A stretch of 64,000 bases of DNA from positions 24,862,001-24,926,000 of the forward strand of contig NC_086117.1 in NCBI RefSeq assembly GCF_963921235.1, written 5' to 3'. The notes below the pieces were generated by a model. It had not been told where the DNA came from. It saw only the letters and a list, made by a program, of their open reading frames with translations, and did not search any database. A program made the position numbers and the translations under genes. Numbering within the stretch: the first letter of the stretch is position 1; each line of letters starts with the position of its first letter. Below are positions 38,255 through 49,561 of the stretch, one piece after another. Source of the DNA: Mobula hypostoma. Its lineage: Eukaryota.

Positions 38255-38903
38255 TTATGAAAAGGAAAAAGCAGGAGGCACTCAACAGGTTAAGCAATAA
38301 ATGCAGAGAGGGAAACAATTGCCATTTAAGATATCTGACCTTTCGTCAGAACTGTATTAATTCTCTAAAGATGAATGAACGTTATGGTGGAGTGGGTCTG
38401 GCTAGGCCTTCCTGAAGTGGTTGGAGGTCCAGATGGACTTGACATTCTTGGTGAGCTGCTTGGATCAGGAAACCATCAAAATGGCGAAGGGTGTCATGGA
38501 TGTAGTGAAAAAGGGTCTAGACAAGGTGAGAAGGAATTAAGTTCTCTAGAACAGTCTGAAACATATTTGTTTTCTAAGACATTCCTGCTTGGGGATGTTG
38601 GGAGTGGGTAGGAGCAGAATATCTGGTGTCTGAGGCTGGAGGCCATAAAGAGAAGAGCTTCAGAGGAAATGATGTCAGTGGGTGTCTTGGAAACAATAGT
38701 CTGATATGCAGTGGTGATGTCATGGAACAGGTACAGGTGTCCCAGATCTGTCAGTTGGCTTCTGCAAAGCAGAAGTTAGTTTGCTTGTAAATCCGCCTTT
38801 GTCAGTGGTTTGATGACAATGTTGGAGTGTAGAGCTGCAAGTTCAGAGAGACATAGATCGTAAATAAGAGTGAGGAATAATCAGTCACTGCCTCATCAGT
38901 AGT
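38255..38903 (-). mobile_element. Older, heavily decayed Penelope-like fragment
   Basis: pLTR remnant with CTGACGA on minus strand at about 38343-38350; weak PLE-RT-like translation (...DITTAYQTIVSK...); ends approximate. Confidence 0.45.
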
Positions 38904-38910
38904 TAACAAT

Positions 38911-40025
38911 TCCTCCATCTCTGCCGCACCTGCTTTTAGGATGAGGCTTTTCATTCTAGAAGAAGGAGATGTCCTCCTTTTTCAAAGAAAGCGGCTTCCC
39001 TACCTCCACCATCAACACTACCCTCAGCCATATCTCTTCCATCTCACGCATGTCTGCTCTCACCCCATCCTCCTGCCACCCTACCAGGGAAAGGGTTCCT
39101 CTTGTCCTCACCTACCACCCCACCTGCCTCCATGTCCAGCACATAATTCTCTGAAACTTATGCCATCTCCAACGCGATCCCACCACCAAGCTCATCTTTT
39201 CCTCCTCCCTCCACCCACTTTCTGCTTTCCACAGGGATCGCTCCCTCTGTGACTCACTTGTCTGTTTGTTCCTCCCCACTGTTCTCTCTCCTGGAACTTA
39301 ACCTTGCAAGTGTAAGCAAGTGCCACACCTACCCGTACACCTCTTCCCTCATATCATTAAGGGCCCCAAACAGCCCTTCCAGGTGAGGCGCCACTTCCCT
39401 GTGAGTCTGTTGCGGTCATCTACTGTGTCCGGTGTGGCCTCCTGTATGTCGGTGAGACCCATCGTAGATTGGGAGACTGCTTTGCTGAGCATCTACACTC
39501 CGTCCACCAAGACAAGCAGGGATCTTTCAATGGCCACCCATTTTAATTCTACTTCCTATTCCCATTCCAATATGTCCATCCATGGCCTCCTCCACTATCA
39601 TGATTAAGCCACACTTAGACTGGAGGAAGAACACCTTGTATTCCGTTTGGGTAGCTTCCAAGCTGATGGCGTGAACGTCGATTTCTTGAATTTCTGGTAA
39701 TGCCTTCCAACCGCCCCCCTTCACCATTTCCCATCCCCTTGTCCCTCTCTCACTTTATCTCCTTGCCCACCCATCATCTCTCTCTGGTACTCCTCCACCC
39801 CCACCCTCTTTTTCTTTCTTCCATGGCCTTCTGTCTCTTTCACCAGCTCTTTAGTTTATCCCTCCCCCTCCAGGTTTCCCCTATCATCTGGTGTTTCTCT
39901 CTCCCCTCCCCCCATCTTTAAATCTGCTCCTAGTCCTGCCAAAATGTTTTGACCCGAAACGTCGACTGTACTTTTTTCCATAGATGCTGCCTGGCCTGCA
40001 GAGTTCCTCCAGCATTTTGTGTGTG
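38911..40025 (+). mobile_element. Penelope-like element 3' part (RT thumb, GIY-YIG endonuclease, pLTR)
   Basis: RVPLVLTYHP; VIYCVRC-GLLYVGET (GIY-YIG); pyrimidine tract; pLTR with decayed hammerhead at about 39931-39970; 7-bp TSD TAACAAT (38904-38910, 40026-40032). Confidence 0.88.
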
Positions 40026-40520
40026 TAACAATGATCAATTTTCTTTTGAGGGGAAAAAGCCAGAAACGGTGTCCAAATTGATTAGAAATTTCCGAGATGG
40101 GAGAGAGGAGGCCACAAAGGTGCAGTTAATAGAGCATCACCCTCACAACAAAGATGCTGTCTCTATAGCGCTTACATATCCTTCATGCTGATTGCTTGGC
40201 CACTATAAATTGCCCATAGTGGTTAGGCAAGTGGGTGAATCTGGGGAGAGATCTTCAGTATGGAGAGGATTTTTTTTTTTAAAAAAAGCACTCTTGTAAA
40301 ATGAGTATGAACAATTGATGGTCAGAGTGGACTTGGTGAGTCGATAAACCTGTTTCTGTACTCCATCTTTTTATGACTGTGATTTCTGCACAATGGGGAA
40401 GGCGCTGAGTGCTGAATTCATTAAGATGGAATATGGGGAGGAGCTTAAGGCTTCTGGTAAGGACTGGTCTTTTGAGTTCAGGAAAAGGAAGACGAGAGAG
40501 ATAGTGGAAACGTGACAAGG

Positions 40521-40590
40521 GATGGAACTGGAGCAAACTGTCAGGTCAGAGGACAGATGGAACTTGAGCAAACTGTCGGGTCAGAAGACA
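40521..40590. repeat. 35-bp tandem duplication
   Basis: GATGGAACTGGAGCAAACTGTCAGGTCAGAGGACA repeated with 3 mismatches. Confidence 0.85.
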
Positions 40591-41087
40591 GCAAAGGGAA
40601 GAAAGATCTGCATGAGTATTAGAATTAGAGTTATTGAAGACTGCAAACTTCAATGTGAGAGAAAAATATGTTTTGTTTAAACACCAAATATTGCAAGGGA
40701 TAAATGGAACAATAAAACTGCTTTTAAATTGGTTGAGTTGGTACAATTGTACAGTGAGATGAAGGACAGGCACATGAATTTCAATAACAGCAAAAATTAT
40801 GCCTGCAAAAGTGTTGAATAGCTTAAACATGCCTGTCATTGAAGGTGAGTCTGAATTGTGGAATCCACTTAACATACATTGGAATAAGAGAGAGTTCTCA
40901 AAGAAAGGGATATGGCTGTATAAACTAGTTTTGGTCAATGCCTTAAAAAAAAGCAAGGGAACAGCCATTGAAGGCAAGCAAGGTTTAAAATAAAAAGACA
41001 AACAATTATTTTTGGTGAGCTGTCTCATCCTGGACATTCCCAATTGTGAATTAAATAATATTGAAATAACAGAAAATACAGGAAGTA

Positions 41088-41941
41088 CAGTAGATTCTGG
41101 TTAATTGGGACACAACGGGATCAGTACATTTTGGCCTAATTAAGCTGCTGTCTCAATTAGCCGAAGTTTCATGGGAATAGTTTAAAAGGTATAAAAACAA
41201 CAAACTACCATTTAACTGAGTAACAAATCATGTATTTAAATGAATTACAGAACAAATTAGAACATTGATTTATCAATACTACAATGATACTATTAAACTA
41301 TGTATTAGTTCCTAATTGTTATCAATGGAGGAATTTTTCCAGTGTACCTGTTTCCTGTTGTGTTCTTTTGATTGACTGCAAATGAACAAAATCAACACAG
41401 ACACCTAGTGTAGATAATGGACCGTCTTCAAACAATGCTATGGATGATGTATCCTCCAAATCTTCGTTTTCATTGTAGCATTCAAGGTGATTGTCAATAC
41501 CTTCAAACTATTCGTAGTTCCTAACTTGCTGAAGTAGTGAAATCATTTCATTTTCACTCACGGCCATTTCTGGCATCTTTAAGCGTGAATGCTTGAAACT
41601 GCAATGAGCAAAACAGTTCTGAATTGCCTTACTGCTTATTTCTTGGCAACTATTAGTGACAAAAATCATTACTTTTTGAACACAAGCATACGCAGCTGAT
41701 GTTATGTAAAAACTGTTTGCTGTAAGCACAGTGTAGTATCTAATGGCCATACAAGTGCATGCATTTGATGCTAGGTAGAAACTGTTTGGTAACAATCCCC
41801 TGTCCCAATGAAGCAGCTTACTGTCTCAAATGAATGAAGGGAATCTAGGCTATTTTCTTGATTTGTTTTTGTTCTTTAAGAGTTGTCCCAAATAAGTGGC
41901 TGGCCCAACTATCCGATGGCCCAAATAACTGGAATCCACTG
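41088..41941 (-). mobile_element. Tigger/pogo non-autonomous DNA transposon
   Basis: Imperfect TIRs CAGTAGATTCTGGTTAATTGGG / CCCAAATAACTGGAATCCACTG; TA on both sides; remnant AIQNCFAHCSF of the pogo transposase C-terminus on minus strand. Confidence 0.82.
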
Positions 41942-42628
41942 TATTTAGCAGGCCAGCGGCATCAGTGGAGGAAAAAAAAACAAAGACACTTTATTGATTC
42001 AAATGAAAGGTCCTAATCTGAAAAGTAAATTCTGTTTCTCTGTCCATGGGTACTATCTGACCTGTTGAGCAATTCCAGCCTTTTCTGTTCTTTTTTCCAT
42101 ATCTCTACTATCTCCAATATTTCACCCTTGGATGCTTAGAAACAAATTAACTGAATGCTCCTCTTCTGGTTACACAGCCTTCTGACAGTAACTTCTGTGT
42201 TTCTGCTACTTGCCCATCGTGATTTTTAATAAATAACTCTACTGTTTGAATGTACTGTAGATATGAATTTCTTTTGAAAGAATAGTCTGAATTAGTGTTC
42301 TATTTTAATGTGGTGTTTTGAATACCGTATGTAAAAAAATTATTTAGAAACCATGTGATACAACCAGATAGATGGAAGTAAACTTTTTCATGGAATTCAG
42401 GAAGCTGTGCTTGAAACAGAGCATCAAACAACATTCATGAAATTTCTGGACAAGCGTTTCAATCACCGAAGTCTTGAAGAAACAGCTGGCAAATGGGATT
42501 AGTATAAATAAGTACAGTACAGCTGGTGGTTGGATTTGATGGAGTGGGTTGAAACGCCTGTTTCTGTGCTGTGAGATTCTGTGAACCAATCTGATTCTTT
42601 GTGTTACTTTGATCAGCTGAGAAGGGAA

Positions 42629-42730
42629 ATGAAAACAAGAACCTCTCCTCTACTCCATGTTCATGTTGATGAAACAACCCCTGTTCATGTTCATGTTAAG
42701 AAGAGTCCAAAACAAGCAAAGAAGGTCCAG
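42629..42730 (+). CDS. ODF2: ODF2/cenexin first conserved coding exon (acceptor at 42616)
   Basis: MKTRTSPLLHVHVDETTPVHVHVKKSPK matches the recalled cenexin N-terminus MKDRSSTPPLHVHVDENTPVHVHIKK; CAG|gtaatc donor. Confidence 0.92.
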
Positions 42731-44714
42731 GTAATCACTTGGCTCTCTCAATGGAAAATTAGACTACATCAGTCTTGTGTGCTCACACTCTTTTCACTTC
42801 TGAACTATTAAGATTTTTATCTTTCTGACTTATTCCTTTTATATCTGAATGCATTTTATTTGCACTTTTTTGATAAGTATCACATTTCTTTTGCATTTTG
42901 AGTACTCATTGCGAGTGAAAATTGTGGTTTAATATCAGCACCAAGATGCAGTTTGTTCTAACCACCCTAGGACCTTCATTGTAAAACTGGTGTATAAATT
43001 GCATTGATGTATTAGTTGTCGCTTCCCAAGCCTTATTTTTGGCCACTCTTTGGGACTTCTACCTTAGGAAAGCATATTCCTTATGATCTCCTATGAATAC
43101 CAACATGGTTCACTTTCTCATTTTTAAAAAGAGTAAGCAATTTTTTTTAACCGAAGTAGATGACTTCACATTTTTCCACATTATATTCCTTTAGTAAAAA
43201 TGTCTTTATCCCCTCTGTGTCTTCCTCACAGTGCACACACCTATCAGCTTTATATCATCAGTAGACCTGTTTAAGTTACATTTACTAAGCCTTGAATTCA
43301 AATTGTTAGCATCTGGGACTCCGGCATAAATTCCTGTGTATCCTTACGAATCATAGCTTGCTAACCTAATATAATCAGATTCCTACAATTCCTTACCCCC
43401 TAGCCATCTTCAATCTCTCCTATTCCATTCATTCAGTCCCATGTGTTCTAAGTTTGTTTAGTAGTGAAGATTTATTTAGTTGCAGTCTATTTTTTGCTTA
43501 ATCTCATATGATACCATGCCTTATCCATTCTACTATAACCAACTCCTACTTCTTTCCTTCGTAGTTTGTTGAAAGCAGTTTTAAGATCTCTTTCATTTTT
43601 AATATATGATTACTTTTTTTCTCATTATACTGTACCAAATCTAAAATAGCCTATTTAGTTATTGGTGCTTCATCATACTAATGTAAAAAAAAATTTCTTA
43701 TACTCAATTAATTCACCTTCAGTTACATTCATCTAATTTATATTTGGTTTAAAGATTACTGTATTGCGATTGTTACCTGCACCAGTATTCCTTCATTTCT
43801 ATTATGCCTTCCGTTAACTCTACCATTTGTGGGACTATATGGAGCTGTCACAAGTATTTTCTACCCCTTGTTGTGTCTTGGCCCCAACCAAATTTATTCC
43901 ACCTATTGGATTTCTGAACAAAGAACCTTTTGTCTAGATTACTGTGGAGAATCTCTATATTAATATGAACTAAGATTACTTTGAACTACAATGGACTTGG
44001 TGGGATTTTGTTCTAATTATGTTCCTTCTTAGATAATTTTCTATAATTAACATTTTTGTGAATATTGTCCCTCAATGCTGTGTTCCTATGATTCTGCTGC
44101 AAGTAAGCTTTTCATTTCACCTGTGCATATATATGGACGTTACAATAAACTCTACTATTCTTTTCAAATTCCTTCGTTCTATTCTTTAATATCATGGCTA
44201 TCCCTCTGTTTGCATTATACCTATCTTTTCTCAAAGTTGGAAAATATTTACTTTCTGCCTTATTCGCCTCACAGTCGTATCCTTGTAGACGCTATTCAGT
44301 CGTAAGCAATTGTTTTGAATTATGCCATTCATTGCCTTGTTACAAATGCTGTGCGCATTCAAGAAATTATTCTTCAGTTTTATCTCTGCTCTGACACTCA
44401 CTGGAAATATATTGCTATGTTTGTGTGCCCTGTTTCTTCATGACAGAGTCTGGTTATGATTAGCCACTTCGTAATTATGTGCAATCACTTTGTTCGTTCC
44501 TTCTAACTTTTTATATTTCAGCTCACTGAAATATTTAGGCCAGAATGTTATCTACTATCTTAATGATTCGATTCACTATATACAGGTCTGAGCCTTCTTC
44601 AGGTGAAACTTGCCCTGATAGAACAGCTCTGTTTTAGGTCCTTCATGACATTCTCATAGCATTGATATAAGTTGAATTTCATGATATTATAACATCTTTA
44701 CTTTCAACATTTAG

Positions 44715-44834
44715 CAGAAACTGAAAGGAGCACTTGAATGTGGCAACCTGAGACCAGTCAGCAAGGTAAAGACCAAGGTGCCATGGATTCCACCAGGCAA
44801 AACATCAGTAAGAGAACTTGGCTACAAATGGGAG
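44715..44834 (+). CDS. ODF2: ODF2 exon
   Basis: ttag|CAG...GAG|gtttg; QKLKGALECGNLRPVSKVKTKVPWIPPGKTSVRELGYKWE (human VKTKVPWMPPGK...KWE); absent from the ORF track. Confidence 0.92.
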
Positions 44835-45810
44835 GTTTGTACCCATAACTCCTTGAAATTTCTAGTTTGCATTAATGCTTATTTAATTCTGGTGTCAGTC
44901 TCACTCCAATGAATAATGTTTTGATGACAGAGATTACAAAAATTAGCCTTATTTGTCAATTGCACATTGAAATTTATAGTAATACAGGTGTCCCCCCGCT
45001 TTTCGAACGATTGCTTTATGAAACCTCACTGTTACGAAAGACCTACATTAGTTACCTATTTTCGCTAACAGAAGGTGTTTTCACTGTTACGAAAAAAGGC
45101 AGCGCGCGAAAAAAAAAAACAGCGCATGCCCCGAGCAGCCGCTCTCCCCTGGATTCGGAACGGCATTCTCGCCAGCATTGCTTAAACACGTGCCTGTGAG
45201 CAGCCGTTTGCAAGATGCGTTCTAAGGTATCGGAAAAGCCTGAAAGAGCTCATAAGGGTGTTACACTTATCGTAAAACTAGACATAATTAAGCGTTTCGA
45301 TCGTGGTGAACGAAGAAAGGACAAAGTGAGTTTGGCTTGTGGACGTTGACAAAGATGATGTTGAAGAGGTTTTGGCATCCCATGACCAAGAACTGATAGC
45401 TGAAGAGCTGATGCAATTGGAAGAGGAAAAGATAACAATCGAAACCGAATGCAGTAGCGAACGGACCAAAAGTGAAGTCGTCCAGGAACTGAACGTGAAG
45501 CAACTGCGTGAGATTTTTGCTGCAATGATAAAGTACGACTTTAATTTTGAAAGGGTACGTCGGTTTAGGGCATATTTGCAGGATAGTTTGAGTGCTGAGA
45601 AAGAACTGTATGATAGAAAAATGTGCGAGGCCAAGCAGTCAAGCATATTGTCGTTTTTCAAGCCTTCAACATCAGCCACAGCAGATGACGAACCTCGACC
45701 TTTGACATCGAGACAGGCAGACATAGAAGGAGATGACCTACCTGCCCTGATGGAAACAGATGATGAGATGACACCCCGTGTCCCACCATCCCAACTCCCG
45801 GACTGTGGAT

Positions 45811-46093
45811 AGATACCGATCCGCGAGGAATACAGTGGTGGCCAGAACGCACCCAGCACACCTTTAAGGAAAAAGCCGAAATAAGCAAGCTAATTAATTA
45901 GGTGCCGCCCGACATGTAAATGTCGGCCCAGATCAGAGGCGATTGCCGATTGCGTTGCCTCTGATCTGGGCCGACATCTACGTGCCAGGCGGCACCTAAT
46001 TAATTAGCTTGTTTGTTTCGGCTTTTTTCTTAAAGATGTGCTGGGTGTGTCCCGGCTGCCGCTGTACTCCTGCATGTTTCGCGGATTGGTATC
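45811..46093. repeat. Long imperfect inverted repeat inside the Tigger derivative
   Basis: Paired segments AAGCTAATTAATTAGGTGCCGCC / GGCGGCACCTAATTAATTAGCTT and TGTCGGCCCAGATCAGAGGC / GCCTCTGATCTGGGCCGACA; centre about 45948. Confidence 0.9.
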
Positions 46094-46516
46094 GGTTCGC
46101 TGCCTGGAGGGTGGGGGCCACTGCACCATCCCAACCTCCGACGACTCAGCCTAACACACCATCCTCAGTGTGCTTGATGTCTTCCTGATTCCCGTAAGTG
46201 ATACTACACTGTACATACATTATTTCTACTTTATATAGGCTGTGTATTTTTACGTGTTATTTGGTATGATTTGGCAGCTTCAAGCTTAAAGGTTACTGGA
46301 GAGTGCTTGCGCCGTGTTTTTGCCGATGGCGCTTGCTCCGTGTTTCTGTCAAGAGCGCTTGCGTGAGATTTTCGCTACGGAGAACAGTGCAGCAATAATT
46401 GTGGAAGTATTTCTACTTTATATAGGCTGTGTGTTTCCTGCTTTTACTATATGTTACTGTTATTTTAGGTTTTATGTGTTATTTGGCATGATTTGGTGGG
46501 TTATTTTTGGGTCTGC

Positions 46517-47353
46517 TGTTACATGTTCAAGGAGATGTGTTTTTTTTGTGAGAATGATGTAATGGTCTTTTGGAGGTCACCTGATGCAATTTTCCCGCCG
46601 ATGTGAGGTCACGTGATGACATGTGCCCCATGGGTATATAAGGGTCGACCCCAGATGACGCAGTTAGTTCTTAGTTTGTAGATTTCCGGGTAGAACGTGC
46701 TGTGTCTCTGTTTCTGTTGCGTTTGTTTTTGTGACGCAGTTTCATTTTTAAAACGGAGTGTTGCGTTCTATTGCAAGATACAATATTATTGGACTGGAAA
46801 TTTTTGGCTAGATGTGCTGATTTACTCAATTCCAGCAGTAGAAGGGGGAGTGAAGACTCTATCGAAGTACAGGACTGAGAGTTGAGAGGGTTGAGAGGAG
46901 TCGGCATCGGTCGGCAGTTTAACAAAGGATCGACCTTGTTGAGTCTTAGTTGAAGGAGTAGCAACCTGCATCAAGATAACTCTTGCCAAAAAGAGCAAAG
47001 AGTTCATGTAAAGGTTTGCTCTCTCTAAAAGAACTTAAGGTCAGTTGTTTTAAAGTGTTTATTTACTGCCACGTGAATCCTGTGGACAGAACCAGCAGGA
47101 AAGGCGTGTCTGTGAAGAAATCCTTCTCCAGAGAAGTCTCTCCTAATTGAACGTACAAATCTGTTGGACTTTTGAATTTAACGATTTAAGAACCAGTGCC
47201 GAGTGACAATTTGTTGAATGGCTGCATAACGGTTAACTTCCGGTTTAAGTTTTTGTTTGTTTTTTCCTTATCGTTTATCTGTGTTTAATAAATGTTCGGT
47301 TGTTTTTATATAACCTGTCTCGATTGATATTCATTGTTCCCGTTTACGTAACA
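46517..47353 (+). mobile_element. Solo LTR (Gypsy-like, 837 bp)
   Basis: TGTTAC...GTAACA termini; 4-bp TSD CTGC (46513-46516, 47354-47357); TATATAA 46635-46641; AATAAA 47287-47292. Confidence 0.88.
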
Positions 47354-47659
47354 CTGCGAATGCTCACAAATTTTTCCCATATAAATAAATGGTAATTGCT
47401 TCTTCGCTTTACGGCATTCCGGTTTACAAACCATTTCATAGGAACGCTCTACCTTTGGATGGCGGGGGAAACCTGTATGTGTCATTTGTGTCAAATCAAG
47501 TCATAAGGATTATACTGGGCAGCCACGCCAATATACCATGCCCACAATTTACTAATCCTAACCTCTACAGCCCTAACCTGAAGGGATGGAAAGAATGGAG
47601 ATTTGAGGGAGAACTCTGGCTTGTCTGTATTCTATTTCTCTGCTCCTTCCATTTCTTTA

Positions 47660-48752
47660 GTCATAGTCATACTTTATTGATCCTGGGGGAAATTGATTTT
47701 CGTTATAGTTGCACCATAAGTAATTAAATAGTAATAAAACCATAAATAGTAATATGTAAATTATGCCAGGAAATAAGTCCAGGACCAGCCTATTGGCTCA
47801 GGGTGTCTGACCCTCCAAGGGGGGAGTTGTAAAAGTTTGATGGCCACAGGCAGGAATGACTTCCTATGACGCTCTGTGTTGCATCTCGGTGGTATGAGTC
47901 TCTGGCTGAATGTACTCCTGTGCCCACCCAGTACATTATGTAGTGGATGGGAGACATTGTCCGAGGTGGCATGCAACTTAGACAGCATCCTCTTTTCAGA
48001 CACCACCGTGAGAGAGTCCAGTTCCATCCCCACAACATCACTGGCCTTACGAATGAGTTTGTTGATTCTGTTGGTGTCTGCTACCCTCAGCCTGCTGCCC
48101 CAGCACACAACAGCAAACATGATAGCACTGGCCACCACAGACTCATAGGACATCCTCAGCATCGTCCGGCAGATGTTAAAGGACCTCAGTCTCCTCAGGA
48201 AATAGAGACGGCTCTGACCCTTCTTCTAGACAGCCTCAGTATTCTTTGACCAGTCCAGTTTATTGTCAATTCATATCCCCAGGTATTTGTAATCCTCCAC
48301 CATGTCCACACTGACCCCCTGGATGGAAGCAGGGGTCACCGGTACCTTAGCTGTCCTCAGGTCTACCACCAGCTCCTTAGTCTTTTTCACATTAAGCTGC
48401 AGATAATTCTGCTCACACCATGTGACAAAGTTTCTTACCGTAGCCCTGTACTCAGCCTCATCTCCCTTGCTGATGCATCCAACTATGGCAGAGTCATCTG
48501 AAAACATCTGAAGATGACAAGGCTCTGTGCAGTAGTTGAAGTCCGAGGTGTAAATGGTGAAGAGAAATTATGTAGTGAATGGGAGATATTGTCCAAGATG
48601 GCATGCAACTTGGACAGCATCCTCTTTTCAGACACCACCATCAGAGAGTCCAGTTCCATCCCCACAACATCACTGGCCTTATGAATGAGTTTGTTGATTC
48701 TGTTGGTGTCTGCTACCCTCAGCCTGCTGCCCCAGCACACAACAGCAAACAT
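47660..48752 (-). mobile_element. Rex1/Babar-like LINE 3' fragment with duplicated segment
   Basis: FSDDSAIVGCI...WCEQNYLQLNVKKTKELVVDLR and C-terminal HPLH motif on minus strand; CATAGT-type 3' repeat. Confidence 0.85.
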
Positions 48753-48997
48753 AATTTTGCAGAACACTTAAAAATAAAGCCTCTTCCTTTTCCAGTGAGG
48801 TCAAAAACCTGCATGAGCAGAAACAATAATTTTATGTATTTTACTGTGCAATGAACTTGTGCCTCCTGTGGCTTTGAAAGAGAATTCTTGGTTTCATTTT
48901 GTGCAGGACTAAACTTCTTGGGAATACAGAGGAAATCTGAGAGGACTCTTTGTAATACTATAGTATTAATGTGTTGATTGAACACATTAGTGTTCCT

Positions 48998-49132
48998 AAA
49001 CACAAAAAAGTCTGCAGATGCTGGAAATCCAAAGCAACACACACTGAAATGTTGAAAGAACTCAGCAGGTCAGGCAGCATCTACGGAAATAAATAAATAG
49101 TCGATGTTTCAGGCCGAGACCCTTCTTCAGGA
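48998..49132 (-). mobile_element. Mini Penelope pLTR fragment
   Basis: Reverse complement CCTGAAGAAGGGTCTCGGCCTGAAACATCGACT...CCAGCATCTGCAGAC. Confidence 0.8.
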
Positions 49133-49377
49133 ATATCTTCATGAATTGCTGTTTCTATCTTCATGAATTTTCATCAATTGATTTACATAGCAATTCTGGG
49201 AGAAATTCTTCACTGGTACCATACAAATTGAATGAGCTAGAAGGAGATGAAGGGGAATAGAAGCTTTTAGCTCCAATAACAGATCTTAACCTTGTCATTT
49301 AAACTAGTAAGTAGCTGAAGCATAAAGACCAGGATGGATCATGTTCATTCTCAGGTCTTTACTGAAATAACAATGAT

Positions 49378-49561
49378 TAGGGTGACCCGGTAGCGTAGTG
49401 GTTATCACAACGCTTTACAGTAGGGTGACCTGGGCTCAATTCCTGCTGCTGCCTGTATAGAGTTTGTGACTGTGTGGGTTTCCTCCCATATTCCAAAGGC
49501 ATACTGGTTGGTAGGTTAATTGGGGGATTGCTGAGCTGCGGAGCTGGAGGGGCCTATTCTG
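49378..49561 (+). mobile_element. V-domain SINE interrupted by Rex1 (tail resumes at about 52211-52230)
   Basis: Head GGTAGCGTAGTGGTTA; GTGGGTTTCCTCCC; breaks after GGGCCTATTC; ATCTCAATAAATAAATAAAT follows the Rex1 3' end. Confidence 0.7.

Larger units (their letters stand above)
44985..47475 (+). mobile_element. Tigger/pogo internal-deletion derivative (interrupted by a solo LTR)
   Basis: TIRs CAGGTGTCCCCCCGC / GCGGGGGAAACCTG; TA TSD; CENP-B-like N-terminus from ATG 45215 (VTLIVKLDIIKRFDRGE) joined out of frame to the C-terminal tail (DVEEVLASHDQEL...KQSSILSFFK); DDE domain missing. Confidence 0.88.

Noticed and set aside
40546-41043. 165-aa minus-strand ORF
   Set aside because: Low-information Phe/Leu/Ser-rich translation of AT-rich intron; no recognisable motif or splice support
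45339-45812. 157-aa acidic ORF as a domesticated TIGD-like gene
   Set aside because: Only the C-terminal tail of a Tigger transposase, with a GTG start, out of frame with the N-terminal piece and no DDE domain; TIRs and TA TSD still present
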